Positions 1 through 13,800 of a stretch of 55,573 bases of DNA are shown piece by piece; within the stretch, counting starts at the first letter, position 1; each line of letters starts with the position of its first letter. The translations under genes and the position numbers were made by a program. The DNA lies in NCBI GenBank assembly GCA_023231475.1, contig JALJEE010001195.1, positions 1 through 55,573 on the forward strand. The letters are read 5' to 3'. The notes under the pieces are model-generated. The model saw only the letters and a list, made by a program, of their open reading frames with translations, was not told the origin of the DNA and searched no databases. The DNA comes from Seison nebaliae (lineage: Eukaryota).

Positions 1-664
1 TGGAATGTCCTCGGGAGGTAGAAAAGAAAGAGCCGTGAGTAATTGAATTTCTTTTTTGAATGTTTTGTTCGTTTGGTACTCAGTTTTCTTTCCACAACGT
101 TGGACTTGTCTGATAATAGACTGTCCTAAATGGAAGTAGCATCCGTGAATTGCTGCATTCGGAAAAACTGACCTAAAAGCGTTAATTGAAGATATCTCTC
201 GTCTTCCTAAGAATTTCCGAAATTCTGAAAAAACCTCAGCATAACTCTCCATTCTCTTATTTTTCATAAAAACATACCCCAAATCATTAATTGTATGAAG
301 CTGAAAATATCCGGATTGTTTTCCCCAAATGTTGATGCGAATTTGTTGTGATTTGTCTCCGATAAGTTGTTGGTGAGGGGTAGATTGGAGATGATTTTTT
401 CATAGTTACTCCATAGCTTTATGTTCTATCTACCCCGAATGACGGAATTTCTTCCCAGAATATTAGAATAATCAATATTTCGGGAGTCATGTATTTCGCG
501 TTTTCGAAAACTTCCAATACATCTTCCGGAGGGATAAAACTCAAATTTCCCAGAAAATTTACCCATTCTTGTGCTTCGTTGATGTTCTGTTTGTAGCTTA
601 CTATTAGTCCATTTCTTTGAATAAATTTTATAATGTTCTGTTTCAAGTGGAAATAATGTTTCAA
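1..664 (-). mobile_element. Two decayed Mutator/MULE transposase fragments
   Basis: Minus strand ~95-200 reads EISSINAFRSVFPNAAIHGCYFHLGQSIIRQVQRCG (MULE CxxH motif). ORF 419-664 reads YFHLKQNIIKFIQRNGL...LSFIPPEDVLEVFE, a second copy of the same transposase region. Broken by stops and frameshifts. Confidence 0.8.
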
Positions 665-925
665 GGGCCACCAGACTGCTTATACAATAATACTGAAAGC
701 GGGTGGTTCAATTCTGAAGTATTCAACGATTGGATAAGAAGAGTTGTAATTCCTTGGGGTAAAAAAATAGAAGGAACGAAAATAATAATAGGTGATAATC
801 TGGGCTCCCAGTTTAGTCCTGAAGCAATCGAAGAATGCGGCAAAGTTATAACATTAAAATGATTTTCCTAAAACACAACTCATGTGTTGCAACCGTTGGA
901 TGCTTCAATATTCCGGTCGATGAAG
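660..925 (+). mobile_element. pogo/Tigger-type (DDE_1) transposase fragment
   Basis: SGWFNSEVFNDWI...IIIGDNLGSQ, then after frameshifts THVLQPLDASIFRSMK; these are the DN and QPLD catalytic motifs. Confidence 0.8.
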
Positions 926-934
926 GATATTCCG

Positions 935-1557
935 CGGTACACCTAATCTTCGCTGTTACGGGGAGAGACTCCTTTCTTTTTCATATTTGCTTCGATGTCG
1001 TCCAGCTTGATCTGTTTCCGAACATTGGAGACAAATATTCTTATGGTAACAAGATCAGACGAGTTCTTCTTGTAACTAAGGACGAACTCATCAATACCAC
1101 CAATTCCGGTTTTAGTCTGAGATTGGTGAAATTCCGTCGTTTACCATTGGACTTGCTAGGTTCTCTAGACGGTTTTTTGCCTTTTTTCTTTGAGATCTCG
1201 TGGACCATAACTTGTTTTTTTTTTCATATTATCTTATTTCTTTTTCTATTTCTTTCTCTTATCGATCTGATGACGATTGACCGTTGCGTTGGATAGGATC
1301 AGCGGATTGTTTGTTAGCTGCGCCATTACCTCCCTCAATGACCGTTGAGAGGCTGCCCACTTGAGCCTCAATTAATTCCTCAGCAGTATCAGGTTTTCCC
1401 CCCAGGTTTTCAATCTCTTCGCAACTCGGGGGATCGATTCTCGACACGAAACAACTGCTGTTGCAGCTGTATTCTTCACATCTGTTTCGAAATCTGACGA
1501 ATCACCATTATAATCAGTAGACTGGGAACCTCCATCTTCACTTGTTCCAGGACTCAT
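935..1557 (-). mobile_element. Probable non-LTR retrotransposon ORF1 fragment (CR1/L2-like, RRM-like)
   Basis: Broken minus-strand coding sequence including RIFVSNVRKQIKLDDIEANMKKKGV, which resembles the LINE ORF1 RRM. Confidence 0.4.
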
Positions 1558-1867
1558 TATTATTAAGATTCAAATTCCGTATATCTTGTATCTGTCAGTA
1601 GTATTGTTAGTGAATATATCTTGTATATGATATATGATATATATCTTGTTAGCATCTTAGCATTGTATCAGAGATGGCCATTTGAATTTCGTTCTATTGG
1701 AGTTGGAGAGTAAAAAATCCAAAGAAATCCTTCCGTGGCCACCTAAACGTTTGATAAAACAAACTGTTTGTAGAAATTATATGTTCAAAGTAGAAGCCTT
1801 CATAAAAATATATTAAATTAATTAAAGATAAGAAGAAATAAACGAATATTACGTAGGAATAAAATAA

Positions 1868-2130
1868 ATGGAGAACAATGAAAATTTTCAGTTCCATGAA
1901 ACTTCTGCCATGTGCTTGCACTGTAAAAGCACAATTAATATTGTGACTCCTACGTCGTTAAGAAGACATTTGAAGACTTCGAAATGTCAGTCAACCCAAA
2001 TTGATAAAGATAATATCTCACCAAATTTTCCGAAAATTCAAAACACAAAGACTGACTTTGAGAAGAAGGTGTCTGAGCATATTTGTATGTAATATGTAAG
2101 TCTCTTCCATTAAATATTGGGGAAACTGTC
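1868..2130 (+). mobile_element. hAT transposase N-terminal BED zinc-finger fragment
   Basis: AMCLHCK...TPTSLRRHLK (BED finger CxxC...H), followed by a premature stop. Confidence 0.6.
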
Positions 2131-3159
2131 ATAATGCCATTATTGGATGAATGGATTAATATTTGCCAAAAGCATTCCGGCTAACTTATCGAAAAAACTA
2201 TTTGCATGTAAGAATAATCATTATTTCGTTTTTAGTATATCTATCTATCTATCTATACGATAGAAAATAGATGCTGAAATTTGAATTTTTCGCATTAAAA
2301 ATTTAATTTTTTTAAGTTAAAAATCATATAAAGAGGTTAAAAATTGATCTTTACTAGTTAAAACTTGACCTGAGAATGGTATAATGGACGTTACTTTCAC
2401 AACTAGTTGTACTAACCTAGTAATATTCCTGACATTTGGTTTGCTCATGGAGACAAATCCATCGTTAGAAAGGGAACAAATCAACCTCTATCTAATAGTG
2501 CTAAATTCGGGGAAAATAAATGTAAAATTCGGTCTCCAAGTATCCTTCATTTATAACATAATAACAAACTTCATTTTTCTCTCTTTCTGAAAATCGAGAA
2601 TCATATTTTAGGACAATGAATTTTAAAATCAAAGAAAAGAGAAATGAATGAACGGAAGTCTGTTAAAAGAAATAGGTAACAATTATCTCACTACATCAAA
2701 AACTCTTCATTAATTATTAATCAAACAATATTGATAGTTCTAATGACTCCGCAATTGACCGTGCGAGACGAATCGCAAAGGAATGATCGAGACGATTACA
2801 ACCGATCCAATGATTTGCTCCTTCCCACCGAAAATCTACCAAACTTCAGCGCTTTCCACTCACTATTTACCGTTTTCCAAAGGACGTCCTTTTCTTGCTT
2901 GTTATTCGTTATATGTTAACGAAATGGAAATTAGATTCCGTAAGGAGCAACACGATGTCGGTCGACTTGATGAAAAGAAGCACTGTGAGAAACAAAAAAG
3001 ACAATTAGGGGAATAACGAAAGAAAAAATTTGTGCGGTTTGTAAATTATTTACTGGGTAAAAACATAATTAATTGAAGTTCATTTTTTTCTTATTTTTAA
3101 TAACTGAATTCTTTAAATTGATTTTAATTTCGTATATTTTTTTACACATAATAATATAC

Positions 3160-4932
3160 ATGTTCACATTTACCATTGGATCTTCATTTATTTTTATGCT
3201 AAATCTCCAAATAATTAATGGAGTTAAAAATGTTACAGTTACTCCAATACGGCATGATATGTCTTATCCAAAGGCTGCAAAATTGACAACCGATGTAGTT
3301 CACATCTTACCTGCAGTTCAGACCATTCCACCAATTCAACCGGAAATATTTGCTTGTAACCGTTTTCACTTGATCAGATTAACTGAACTCGAGGCGAAGG
3401 ATTTGGCTGAAACGCAGAGAAATTTTCTAGAATATTTAGCCCCATTTCAAAATGTTTATGAACTTTCTATGGTGGCTTATAAAAGAGTGCTGCATATCGC
3501 TCTCACGTCGTTCTCAATGAAGCAGTTGCTGTTTATTTTATCCATAAACGCAACGTTCAACAAATATCCTGATATATTCGATAATTCATCAATAATATCG
3601 TTGTTTGATGAAGTTGTTCATGAATTCAATGACCAGGTGGAACAAGCGGCAATTTGCTTTTCAGCAATGAGAGCAGGATTTAATCCAAATAATTGGACAA
3701 TTACTAATCTAGAGATATCTAAAGAGGAATTCGAATTTATTTTCGAGCAATTTATACACAATTACAACTATAGTATTCCGATAGCGTATCATTGTTCGTA
3801 TATTGCATTGCAACTCATAATATCATTCAATGATATCATGAAAAATATTTTCATACCAATCAGTGTTATTTTAAATGAGCAATTTAATAAGCCGCCTATG
3901 CTCTTAATAAGAATGGTAAATATTAATCGTATTCGAATGGGATCAATTCTCGGTTTGGACTCCGAAATGAATAGAACTGTCACTATAATAAGAAAAGAAT
4001 ATAATTTTTGGCATCAATTACCAACAAATCAGAATCCAAGTCTTTATTATATGGTTATGCGTCAATTGGAATCAGTTTTGAAATTAAGTCGATACTCTTC
4101 GACAATTGTGCGTTCAAACATAGAACAGAAAATGCCTATTAATAAAAGAACCAATTTCATTTTAAATGATTTAACTAGTTTTGTTTTGAATCTCACCAAA
4201 TTATATCGGAAAAAAAATATCCAGGATTTCACAACGATGTTCAGTTTCCGTTCAACAGATGAAGTTGAGCAATTTTACATCGAACATGTTTCAACTGAGG
4301 TTCGATTAATATCCTACACAATTAAACCAATTACCGCATTTGCTACAAAATTTATTATTTTGAATGAATATTCCAAAGAAAGGTCACAGCTTTTGAATGT
4401 TCTTTTAGATATGATCAATGAGGATTTCTTTATTGATAACTTGAAACAAAAGAATTTGTCCAACAAAGATTATAAGAGTATCTTGGTTAAAAATAATGAA
4501 AAAATCCATCTTCGTTTAGTTGATTTGCCTTTAGGGAAGGCTCTGAAACTCAATACCAAACCATCTGTCACTAAAGTGAATTACACAAGTTATCATAATA
4601 AACATTGCAAACAAGAAGGATTAGGATTATTCCGAAGATTGTGGGATAGCACAACCAAGTTCTTTGAAAATTATGATGCCAGGAAATTAAAAGGTCCACT
4701 CTCTTGGGATTTACTTGACAGTCTTAGCTTCGATTGGCGAGGTCGTGTAACTCCTCGGCAACCGTCATCCATCACAACATACAATCCAATGAGTTATTGG
4801 CCGTTAATTCCAAAAGAAGAAGATATGTGTAATAAAGCTGGAAAACCTTATGACATCTTTATTTTTCAAGAAGTTTATGAAAACTTACTTGAATTAGATA
4901 CGACTGTTAATAATCCTTTACTCTTACCTTAA
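3160..4932 (+). CDS. Uncharacterised ~590-aa protein, intronless, probable signal peptide
   Basis: 1.86-kb stop-free frame. First ATG at 3160 gives a hydrophobic N-terminus (MFTFTIGSSFIFMLNLQIING). No family recognised. Confidence 0.75.
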   Translation: MFTFTIGSSFIFMLNLQIINGVKNVTVTPIRHDMSYPKAAKLTTDVVHILPAVQTIPPIQPEIFACNRFHLIRLTELEAKDLAETQRNFLEYLAPFQNVYELSMVAYKRVLHIALTSFSMKQLLFILSINATFNKYPDIFDNSSIISLFDEVVHEFNDQVEQAAICFSAMRAGFNPNNWTITNLEISKEEFEFIFEQFIHNYNYSIPIAYHCSYIALQLIISFNDIMKNIFIPISVILNEQFNKPPMLLIRMVNINRIRMGSILGLDSEMNRTVTIIRKEYNFWHQLPTNQNPSLYYMVMRQLESVLKLSRYSSTIVRSNIEQKMPINKRTNFILNDLTSFVLNLTKLYRKKNIQDFTTMFSFRSTDEVEQFYIEHVSTEVRLISYTIKPITAFATKFIILNEYSKERSQLLNVLLDMINEDFFIDNLKQKNLSNKDYKSILVKNNEKIHLRLVDLPLGKALKLNTKPSVTKVNYTSYHNKHCKQEGLGLFRRLWDSTTKFFENYDARKLKGPLSWDLLDSLSFDWRGRVTPRQPSSITTYNPMSYWPLIPKEEDMCNKAGKPYDIFIFQEVYENLLELDTTVNNPLLLP

Positions 4933-5864
4933 TCTCTATTGATTATTATGTACCGAACTTTTAACATTAAGTTAATAATATAAACATTAATATGTTAATC
5001 AACACAATAAAATAGTTGTAAGTTGGCGACAAATTCATCAATTAACTTTTGTTTCAGTTAACGATAATATGTCAAATTTACCTTCAGAGTTGTTTTCTGA
5101 AAAATGATTTTTTATTTTCTAATTAAATCTTTTTCTTAATGTAATAATAAGTAGATGTGAGTATGTAATAATATAAGACTATATTAATGAAGTGGCCAGC
5201 TTCAAGATTTATTTAGTTCAAATTCAAATAAACAAACAATAAATGAAGTCAAGCTGGAGCTCCTTGACGACGATGGAAAGTAGTTATGAAGATAAGGAAA
5301 TGAAGTGAAGCGGAAGTGTGAGACGGAAAGGAGTTTGATGACGTAAAGAATGATTAAAATGGATCGGACATGAGACGTAATAGAGGAATAACGGAAGAGG
5401 TGAAAGTACATAGAATATCTAGAGTTATAAAAGAATAATTCCTTCTTCTTCGACCACATTTAATAATTTAATTTTTCTAAAAATAGGAGGATTATTATTT
5501 ATTTTCATGATGATGATCAGGGTGATGTGCACAAATGATGCTCGTCATAGAAAAACGAGAAAGGAACTGACTAAAAAATAATGAACTATTGGAAGGTTGG
5601 AACATTTTTCCATTATGGTTTTGAAGCAGATTTCAACGATAAATGATAAATTTTGCAACCCACTTTGAACAGTTTATCAAAGCGTATTTCCGACTAATAA
5701 TGAAAAGTTAGTGGTTGAATTTTTATGATGGTTTGTCTATTGTAAATTTTAATGTCACTTCTGTTGCCTTATTCGACTAAACAAATGTCTTCCACAACCG
5801 AACTGATATGTTCGGTTGTCTAAACAAATGTCTTGATCCCAAAATGGGAAAATGTATGCCAGAA

Positions 5865-6215
5865 CCGTGGTTGGGCGATATACGTTGTTCGATCCAGAAT
5901 ATGATGGACCTCTAAATGTGAATTGTCTCCCAATAATCCTTCGATGTTACGGAAACCTCCCTATCCGTCGACCAATAATAAAGTTTTGGAATTTCGATCA
6001 CACGCGGGAATGAAACACAATTTTATCCATTCTTCTAAATGAAAATCAGATATCTTTCCACTCTTCGACGATGAAATTATTACATTGGACGGAATAATCG
6101 ATGTTTAACAGTAGGTGGTATGGAATCATTGCTCCCTTCCTTAAACACCATGTAAAGTTTTCCAACTAACTGCCCAGAAAACTGCCACCATCGGCATTAT
6201 CGTGTAGCTATGGAT
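5865..6215 (-). mobile_element. Decayed pogo-superfamily (Tc4/Tc5-like) transposase fragment
   Basis: Frameshifted minus-strand peptides HSYTIMP...GQLVGKLYMVFKE and SSKSGKISDFHLEEWIKLCFIP...TLLLVDG*...TTYIAQP. Confidence 0.6.
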
Positions 6216-6509
6216 GACGTTGTTTTTTTACTTGCAATTAACTGGTAGTCTATTTTTTCTCCACGGTTCGTTAGTTAGGAATAATACCTATATATATGTG
6301 TATATCTTGTAATACCTATATCCTAGAGATACTAGGTTAACGACCTATGTGCATGATAGGGAAGGGAACGCATGCTTCCAGCCGCTTAATCTGTCAGATA
6401 AGCAAAGGAAATAAGTGAACGAAGAAGATTGAGGACATTATGCTTCCAGATTGATGAAACGCTAGTATACTTCCAGTCATCGATCATGTCAGAGAGATCT
6501 ATTGCATAT

Positions 6510-7005
6510 GGGAAAAGTGATTTTCCTATGTTCTTGATAGTTCTCTTTCAGATATAGTTGACAATTTAAACAATAAATTTAATCTACTTTTTGGTCTCTC
6601 TCTTGATCTACCCTCTCTTCTATTTTTGGAGCGGGAATAACTTTAATTTCGGAGAGGGTTTCACCCTATGAAAAATTCGGAGAGGGGGTCGACGATCCTC
6701 AGGGTGAGACTCACTCCAAAATAGAAGAAATATGGGTGAGTCTTTCTCATATATATTCAGATATGATTGAAAATTTAAAAAAAATGGTCTATCTGCATTT
6801 TCAACTGATCCCAACATCAAAAACATTAAATAATATGTCAAATATATTAAAATGGTCGATCCCAAATGGAAAAAGTGATTTTTCAACGTTCTTGATAGTT
6901 CTCTTTCAGATAGAATTTCAGAATAACTCTTCAGCTGATCCCAACATTGAAAGCATCAAATTATATGCCAAATGTATTAAAATGGTCGATCCCATGTGGG
7001 AGATA
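6510..7005. repeat. Degenerate ~130-bp tandem duplication plus an upstream partial copy
   Basis: tca(a/g)ctgatcccaacat...attaaaatggtcgatccca at 6801 and 6931; aaaagtgatttt...ttcttgatagttctctttcagata at ~6513 and ~6872. Confidence 0.7.
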
Positions 7006-7505
7006 AAACTAGTAAATAATAGATCCAGAGTGGCAGTCATTTTCAGTGGATGTTGATGTTAGAGGATTCTGCTCATCATTTATGGAAGTGTAGCTGCTTG
7101 TGGTTGGAATCGGGGGTCTGTAGTAGATTATAATGATAGCATGGCACTTTCTGACATTATCCTTGATGATAATATTTAGTTTCTGAATGTATGGTAGTTT
7201 CTGAAATGGTAGAAATAAGATAAAATCTGTCCTTTTCCCAAGGAGTAAATTTATACATTCTGACATTCATTAATTAATTATAATATTATTAATTAAGTAA
7301 AGAAAACATAAAATAAACAACTGTCTGTCAATCATTAAAATAAAGTTTATTTATTAGATATAATTACTAGTTTAACCCGTTTAGTCCGACAAAAATAATA
7401 AATAATAACATGTTCTATTTTCTATGATTATCAATTGTGTATTATCTTAATTTCAAATTTAACTAGGAAGCTCACCATTAAGTCTCGTGGAAATAATTTT
7501 CACAA

Positions 7506-10500
7506 ATGGAAGTGATAGTTCGGAATACTAATATCGTTAGTAGATGTCACATCTCTTGATTTATCTGGAATATTTAACTACAGAACGAAAGCATTTTAGC
7601 ATTTGCTCAAGTGGTCGATGATATTTTTGAAAAGAACAAAGTCAACCCAACTTATTTTCAAACGATTTATCAAAGTATTTTAACTCGAATTCGAACTGTG
7701 AAAATTCAAGAAATTATTGTTCGATTTTTTCTAATAAATATATCTGATAAGTTTATTCTATAGAATTTAAGTGAAAATTTGATGAAATATGAGAAATTTA
7801 TGATAGTTATCAAAAATATCATAAAAATTGATACAGCAGCAAAACGTTTAAGTAAAAAGGATTCTTTATTAGAAGCAATCATTCGTCGAATCTTAGATGT
7901 TATTGTAAATGAAAAGTTTTAATTTTAAATAATCGAATAATCTTAATATTACAATTGTTCCATCAAGTGATGTAGAAAAAGCAGAAAAACAACTTTATCA
8001 GAACTATTTTCCGGTTGATGGGCAAAATGAGGAAATTAATAAATTTTTCATGAATTATATTCTCTTTTCAATTAAGTTTCATCGTTTCTTTTAATCCGTT
8101 TCCTTTCATTTGAATTTGAACCATTTTAGAATCAAAAGACGAATTCCAACATTCATTGATCAGGCTGTCAAATGGGAAGTGAATGAAGAGTTAATTTCTA
8201 TATTTCTCCAATTGATTTCGGTTAGTTATCATTAATTGAGAAAATATTTAATATGGGAAAAAGACTATTACAGAAAGTGATCCGACAATTATTCAATATT
8301 GCTCAAATGATATTCTAAATGTTATTTTAGTAATGAAAAGAAAAACGAATTTGTACAATGGTCAAATTGTTAAAATGTTTCTGCTTTTTTACAATCTCAA
8401 ACCAGATATGTGGAAGAAAATGTCCGAGGATGTGTTCCATCATTTATTTCAATTCAAGTTATTCTTTCAATTTGAAAGTGATTAATTCATTTTTAACAGA
8501 AATAAAGAATTGAAAAAGAATTTAACGGAATTCCTTCAACTTTCAATTGAAAATGGTAAACTGATTGAATTTGGTCGAAGTTTTTGCAAATTCCATCACA
8601 TTGAATTAACATCGGAGGATGTTAAAATTATCAATGAGCTGTTAGATTCTTTATTCGATTTTATTATTATGTTTTTAGAATTGAGGAAACATTCTCGAAA
8701 CAAGATAATGGAACACTGATGGAAGTTATTCAATTTCTATTGGAACATTCTGATAATATACGATCTACGAGAAACGAAATATTTTTTTGGAATATATTAA
8801 ATTTCGCATGGTCTTATATTCGTATTAGTGTCACGACAATGGATGCGAATGAACAAACAACTCAGTTGAGAAAGTATTACGAAGCAACAGAAAAACTGAT
8901 AAATGAAAAAGGAAATAAGTCAATTGAAAGTATGAAATTGAAGAAGAATTTAAGAATGTTCGACTTTCAAATGAATGGGAGTAAAACGTTGAAGAATTTG
9001 TTCGATAATAACGACGATTTTTCCAAATTGAAAAAGATGGCAAAGAAAATAGTGAAATCGTCGAATTATACTGATATTACAAAGACAGGAATTATTGATG
9101 GAAATGTCGACGACCTTTATCGACTATATTCGTATAGAAACTTTCGTATTGTTATTGAGAAATTATTTTATGAAATCTTCAATGAGAAAAAAATTTGTGA
9201 ATTTAACAAATTTGCAAAATCGTTCAAAGGAGATAATCGGGAAAGAAATATGAAGTTTTGTTTTTTAGGTATGAAAATTTTGGAAAGTGGCTGGAAGGAG
9301 ATAAACAACAATTTCAAAATTTTCCTTCAGAAAATTGGAGGACATATCCTGTTGAATTTAGAAGGTTTTCAAGAAGAATATATGCTCAGAACGATGGAAA
9401 CAATTAATATTGGAGTAGTTAATGAAATATTTGAGGAGAAGATTGATATACCAATAATTGGACGATTAATAAACTTGACAAAACGAATTCCATTTCTGAC
9501 TGACGACATTAAAAGAACTGAAAATCTTTATAAAAAAATTTCAGAGATTAACCAAAAGAATATCGAAATGAAGGAAATGAAGAAAGTGTTTGGAACTTCC
9601 GATAATTTTTTCAATGAACTTCCTCTGTTTATTACCAATGTGGAAAATTTAAAGTTATTTAAAGATGATATTATGGTTTATATGAAGAAGTTGAAGGATA
9701 ATGAATTACCGAACCATATTTTTTATTCGAATACGATAAGGAGAAATTTGAGCAAACTGATCCATCAATTATATAATTCCCGAATTGACGAACAATTTCA
9801 ATTACAATTAGCAGATGATTGGGAAGTGGTGTGTAAAAATGAATTACAGAATCTTTTGAAATTAGAACCGAAATTTGTTCAACCATTTTTAAAATGTCAA
9901 TTCCGCTCACTCTCCGCCGTCTCAAAGGAGAAAGATGAGAATGATGAAAAAATTATAAAGCTCCAAATGTTTTTCTGTCATTACCAGAATATGGAAGTTC
10001 CTCTGAATACTGAGTTTAATAATTGTTTGAACAGATTAGATGGGTTGGGAGAAATTATGGATATTATTCTTTCTGGTTTAATATTAAACAATCATCAAAA
10101 GCAATGGGAATATTTAAATTGTTCATGTAATTTGATTAAGGAAGTTTTTATCGAGAGATTAGGGGAAAATATCGTGAAATTGAATGATTTGCCTCTTAAC
10201 TGGCTAAATGAAAACGATTTGAATAATTCAGATCAATATGAACGATTATATTTACTCGTCGCCATCTGGTCTAGCATAGTAATGCGAAAAAATAATTTAG
10301 TTAATTTCGACAAAGTGATTGGAGTAGTTCGACAATGCCTAAAGATTCTAACGATTTCATTTCCGTCCAATACTTTTGTACAAACAAATACTGGTTCATT
10401 AAATATGAACATCTGTGATGAATTTTCGGAAAATGAGAGATGTCAACTTCTTTATTATTTCACTGTTTGTCAATTGATGGAATTGTTCCAATTCAGTTAT

Positions 10501-10870
10501 TTGAATGAACAAAAAGTTTTTATTTTCATTTTCATAACGATCAAAATTGAATAACTTTAAGATGAATAATTTCTTTGTGGAAAAAATTGAGTTGAATTTC
10601 ATTCCACTAATTTTATATGATTTGGGAAAAAATAAAAACAAGAGATCCAGGAAAGATATGTTTCATTATGGAATGAAATGTGTTAATATATTCCTTCAAT
10701 CTATTCGAAGTGTTCTATGGAGACGAATAAAAATGATGATGAAGAATGAACAACTTGAAGCATATGTACCGATTGTATCGGTGATGAAAGTGATTTCAGG
10801 TTAAATATTGTTATTTCAGCTGATTCCATTCCATTTGTCCTTCACCGATCTCTCTTACCAGCTGATTTAA
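7506..10870 (+). CDS. Uncharacterised ~980-aa, probably alpha-helical protein, about 10 exons
   Basis: Continuous frame after removing GT-AG introns 7536-7583, 7719-7763, 7916-7967, 8076-8129, 8221-8263, 8458-8499, 8641-8678, 10516-10561 and (uncertain) 10781-10820. Includes the 611-aa ORF. Confidence 0.75.
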
Positions 10871-13800
10871 CTGCCAGATACCTATCGGAAAAGCGATTCT
10901 CTAATTAGTCTCTCCCACTCTTAAAATAAAAAAGATTTCGTAATATCAAATATTTATGAACCAAATTAATATATAAAAGAGAAAGTATTCTTTCTAATTA
11001 TTCAACTTATTCTTTTCCTTCTCACACAAGAGAAGAGATAGAACTTTATTCGAATTTATTCCTTCGTTCAATCTTCTCTAATTTCCATCTCGAACATTCT
11101 GTACAGATACATTGATCTTATGCAACAGATTCCCTGTTATACAGTCATCGATCGATGTGCTAAGAACATCATTCAAGTTCAATATTTCTTCTTCGAACAG
11201 TTCTACTTACTTCGAATGATTTGGAAATCTTTTAGAGTAATCGAATTATTTGTCGAAAGGAAAGATGAAGTGAAAGATAGTTGTATCTTTCTCCTGATTG
11301 TCATTGTATCAATGAAACGTACCAAATCCAACAGGCAAACAGGAACAATTATTGAACAAAACGAGCGAATGTTTCAGGTTAATCCCAATTTCATTCTTAT
11401 AAATTTCCTCTCTGTTCTATCTATTATCATCATCAACATCATCAACATCGTTCCTTTTTATATGTTTTATTTTGTCAAACTGTATCAAATTATGTACATA
11501 GTTCAGATTGTTGTACTTGATAAAATAGATAACACAATTATTCCATTAAAACAACCAAGTAATATTTCGTGTTCTTATGTAGAATATGTAGAAACAATTC
11601 TGTAACAATCTCTCCAACTGATAATCGATCTTCTGTGTTTAGTAAGTCTTATCTGTTACCAACTGATGGTATTTACATTAGTTCAATCCATCAATATATT
11701 CATCTGAAATCTGGAATTAGATTTCAAAGAAGAATCAGAAGTACATCGCTTTCACAATCGTCAACTTCATTTTCTTCATAAACAACAAAATATTCAGTTG
11801 TTAGTCGATTAGTCGTCAATTATTTAGGGTTCATCTTAATATAACACCTATAGAAATTGGGAGTAATTCAAGGATTTTCATTTACGACTACTGTTGGGAA
11901 TATTTATGAATCATCATCTTCTAAGAGTGTAATAGTTGGAGAATATGTAATTAAATTAATTGAACGAATAATGGGAAGAATGCAACATTTCCCTATTATT
12001 TCACTTCTGAATAATGTTCCATTAATGAGTTCCTTCTATTCGTTCTTTGAATGATGAATGTTAAACAAAAATAATGGGCATCAATCAATGATATCCGTTT
12101 GCAATAACGACAATTATCACTGGACGAGTGGAAGTTTTTATTAAATTAATTTCCTTCAATAAAACATAGATAAATGGTAAATTGAAGTGGATGAAGTAGA
12201 TTTATGAGAAGAAAGGACAAAAGAAACATCAGACAAAATCGATTTAATCAATTCAGACTATAATCTAATCTTAATATCATTATCAGGTATCTTAATATAA
12301 TTCCAATATATTTGCTGTTTCATAATGGCTCTCTTGTTTCCATGATTCTTTGGTCCTATATTCGATTTATATGTCGTTCATAAGGATTTTCTTCCGCTAT
12401 CAATTAATTTCCCAATAACGAAAAAACAGAACTTTATTAAGTGATAGATAGATAGACCTTTTATAAGTATTATTTACCGAAAAACTTCCATATCTTCTCT
12501 AAAACGAGTAATATTATGCGATGAATATATATAGGAAGATTCCCTTCTTCCAACTTTTCATCAAAATCATTATCATCATCCGTTTTAACACATAAAGGTA
12601 TTTATTGCACAGATATTCAATGCTTGTTGTCTATCATCAGATGCTATTTGATGAATGTGAATTGAGATGGGAAGAATTGATGATTCATTTTCGTACGTTT
12701 CTCCAACTCGCTACAATTCAATTTTGTTCCTGTTCATCGTTTCCAGTAATTACTTCCGGCCAACTTCTTCCCGAAGTTACTTTGATGATAACAATTCGAC
12801 TGTTGAATAATAGCTATGATTACTTCATTCGATTCCTTCCTATTATCGCTTTCCATATTTCATGGCAGTTCATTTCCCGAAATATTCGCTTTTATAAATT
12901 TGTTCCAATTCAAAAAGTTTCTCATTTTATCTATCTTCCCCTACCCAAAAACATATTATCAAGATCAATGCATATATACAAGAATAAATGTTCCATTGCT
13001 TCATTTACACAATAACAGTGTTAACGAAAGAGAATGTGGAAAACATTTGACTTTCCCTCCTTCTCCCAAATGCACATTTCATGTCTATCAGATGCGAAAT
13101 AGTTGATTGATTCAATTTGTTTTCTTTTCCACATAAAGTTTGGACGTTATCATTCACGTTTATCCAAAATTTTCGTTTTTCCCAATTCCAGTTTTTTTAA
13201 GAAGAATATGAGAAGAATGCTTATGGGATTTTGGACAACGTATGGCCCCTAAACAACAAATCTCATCAGTATATCCCAAATAGAAAGAGAATTGAATAGG
13301 AAAAGTCTTATACATACGATATGAAGCGGAAAAGTAGTAGTCGAATGTAATAAAGAATCTCATTCATATTTATGAATGGATTCATTTATTTATTCTTAAA
13401 GTTCATCGCCATCACTCATTGAGATGAATGAATAGTCGTATGCATTAATGCGAAGGAAAAATGTGAATGGATGAGTGATTTGTTCGAAATTCGAATAAAT
13501 TTCCAATCTTTTCTTTCTTTTCCCCCTTTTTTTTTCTTCGAAAAAAAAGATAATAATTTTAACACAAAATCTTTTTCTAATCGTTCAACTTTCTATTCTT
13601 TCTTTTTATATTCTTGAACAATTATTTTTATTGTGTATCAATTCAGCTTCATTAAAAGTAATTTTAATCTAATGGGAATTAAATGCAGGAAAATTATATT
13701 CATAATATAATAATAATAATCCTTTTCGGTTATTGACCTTGCCATTCCGTTATTTTTAATGACTAATTGTTCCAGATGTTAGGCAATTCCTGATTGATGA

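Noticed and set aside
2783..3016. HMG-box-like peptide (GRPFLACYSLYVNE)
   Set aside because: Only a short resemblance; the remaining HMG helices and a gene structure were not found.
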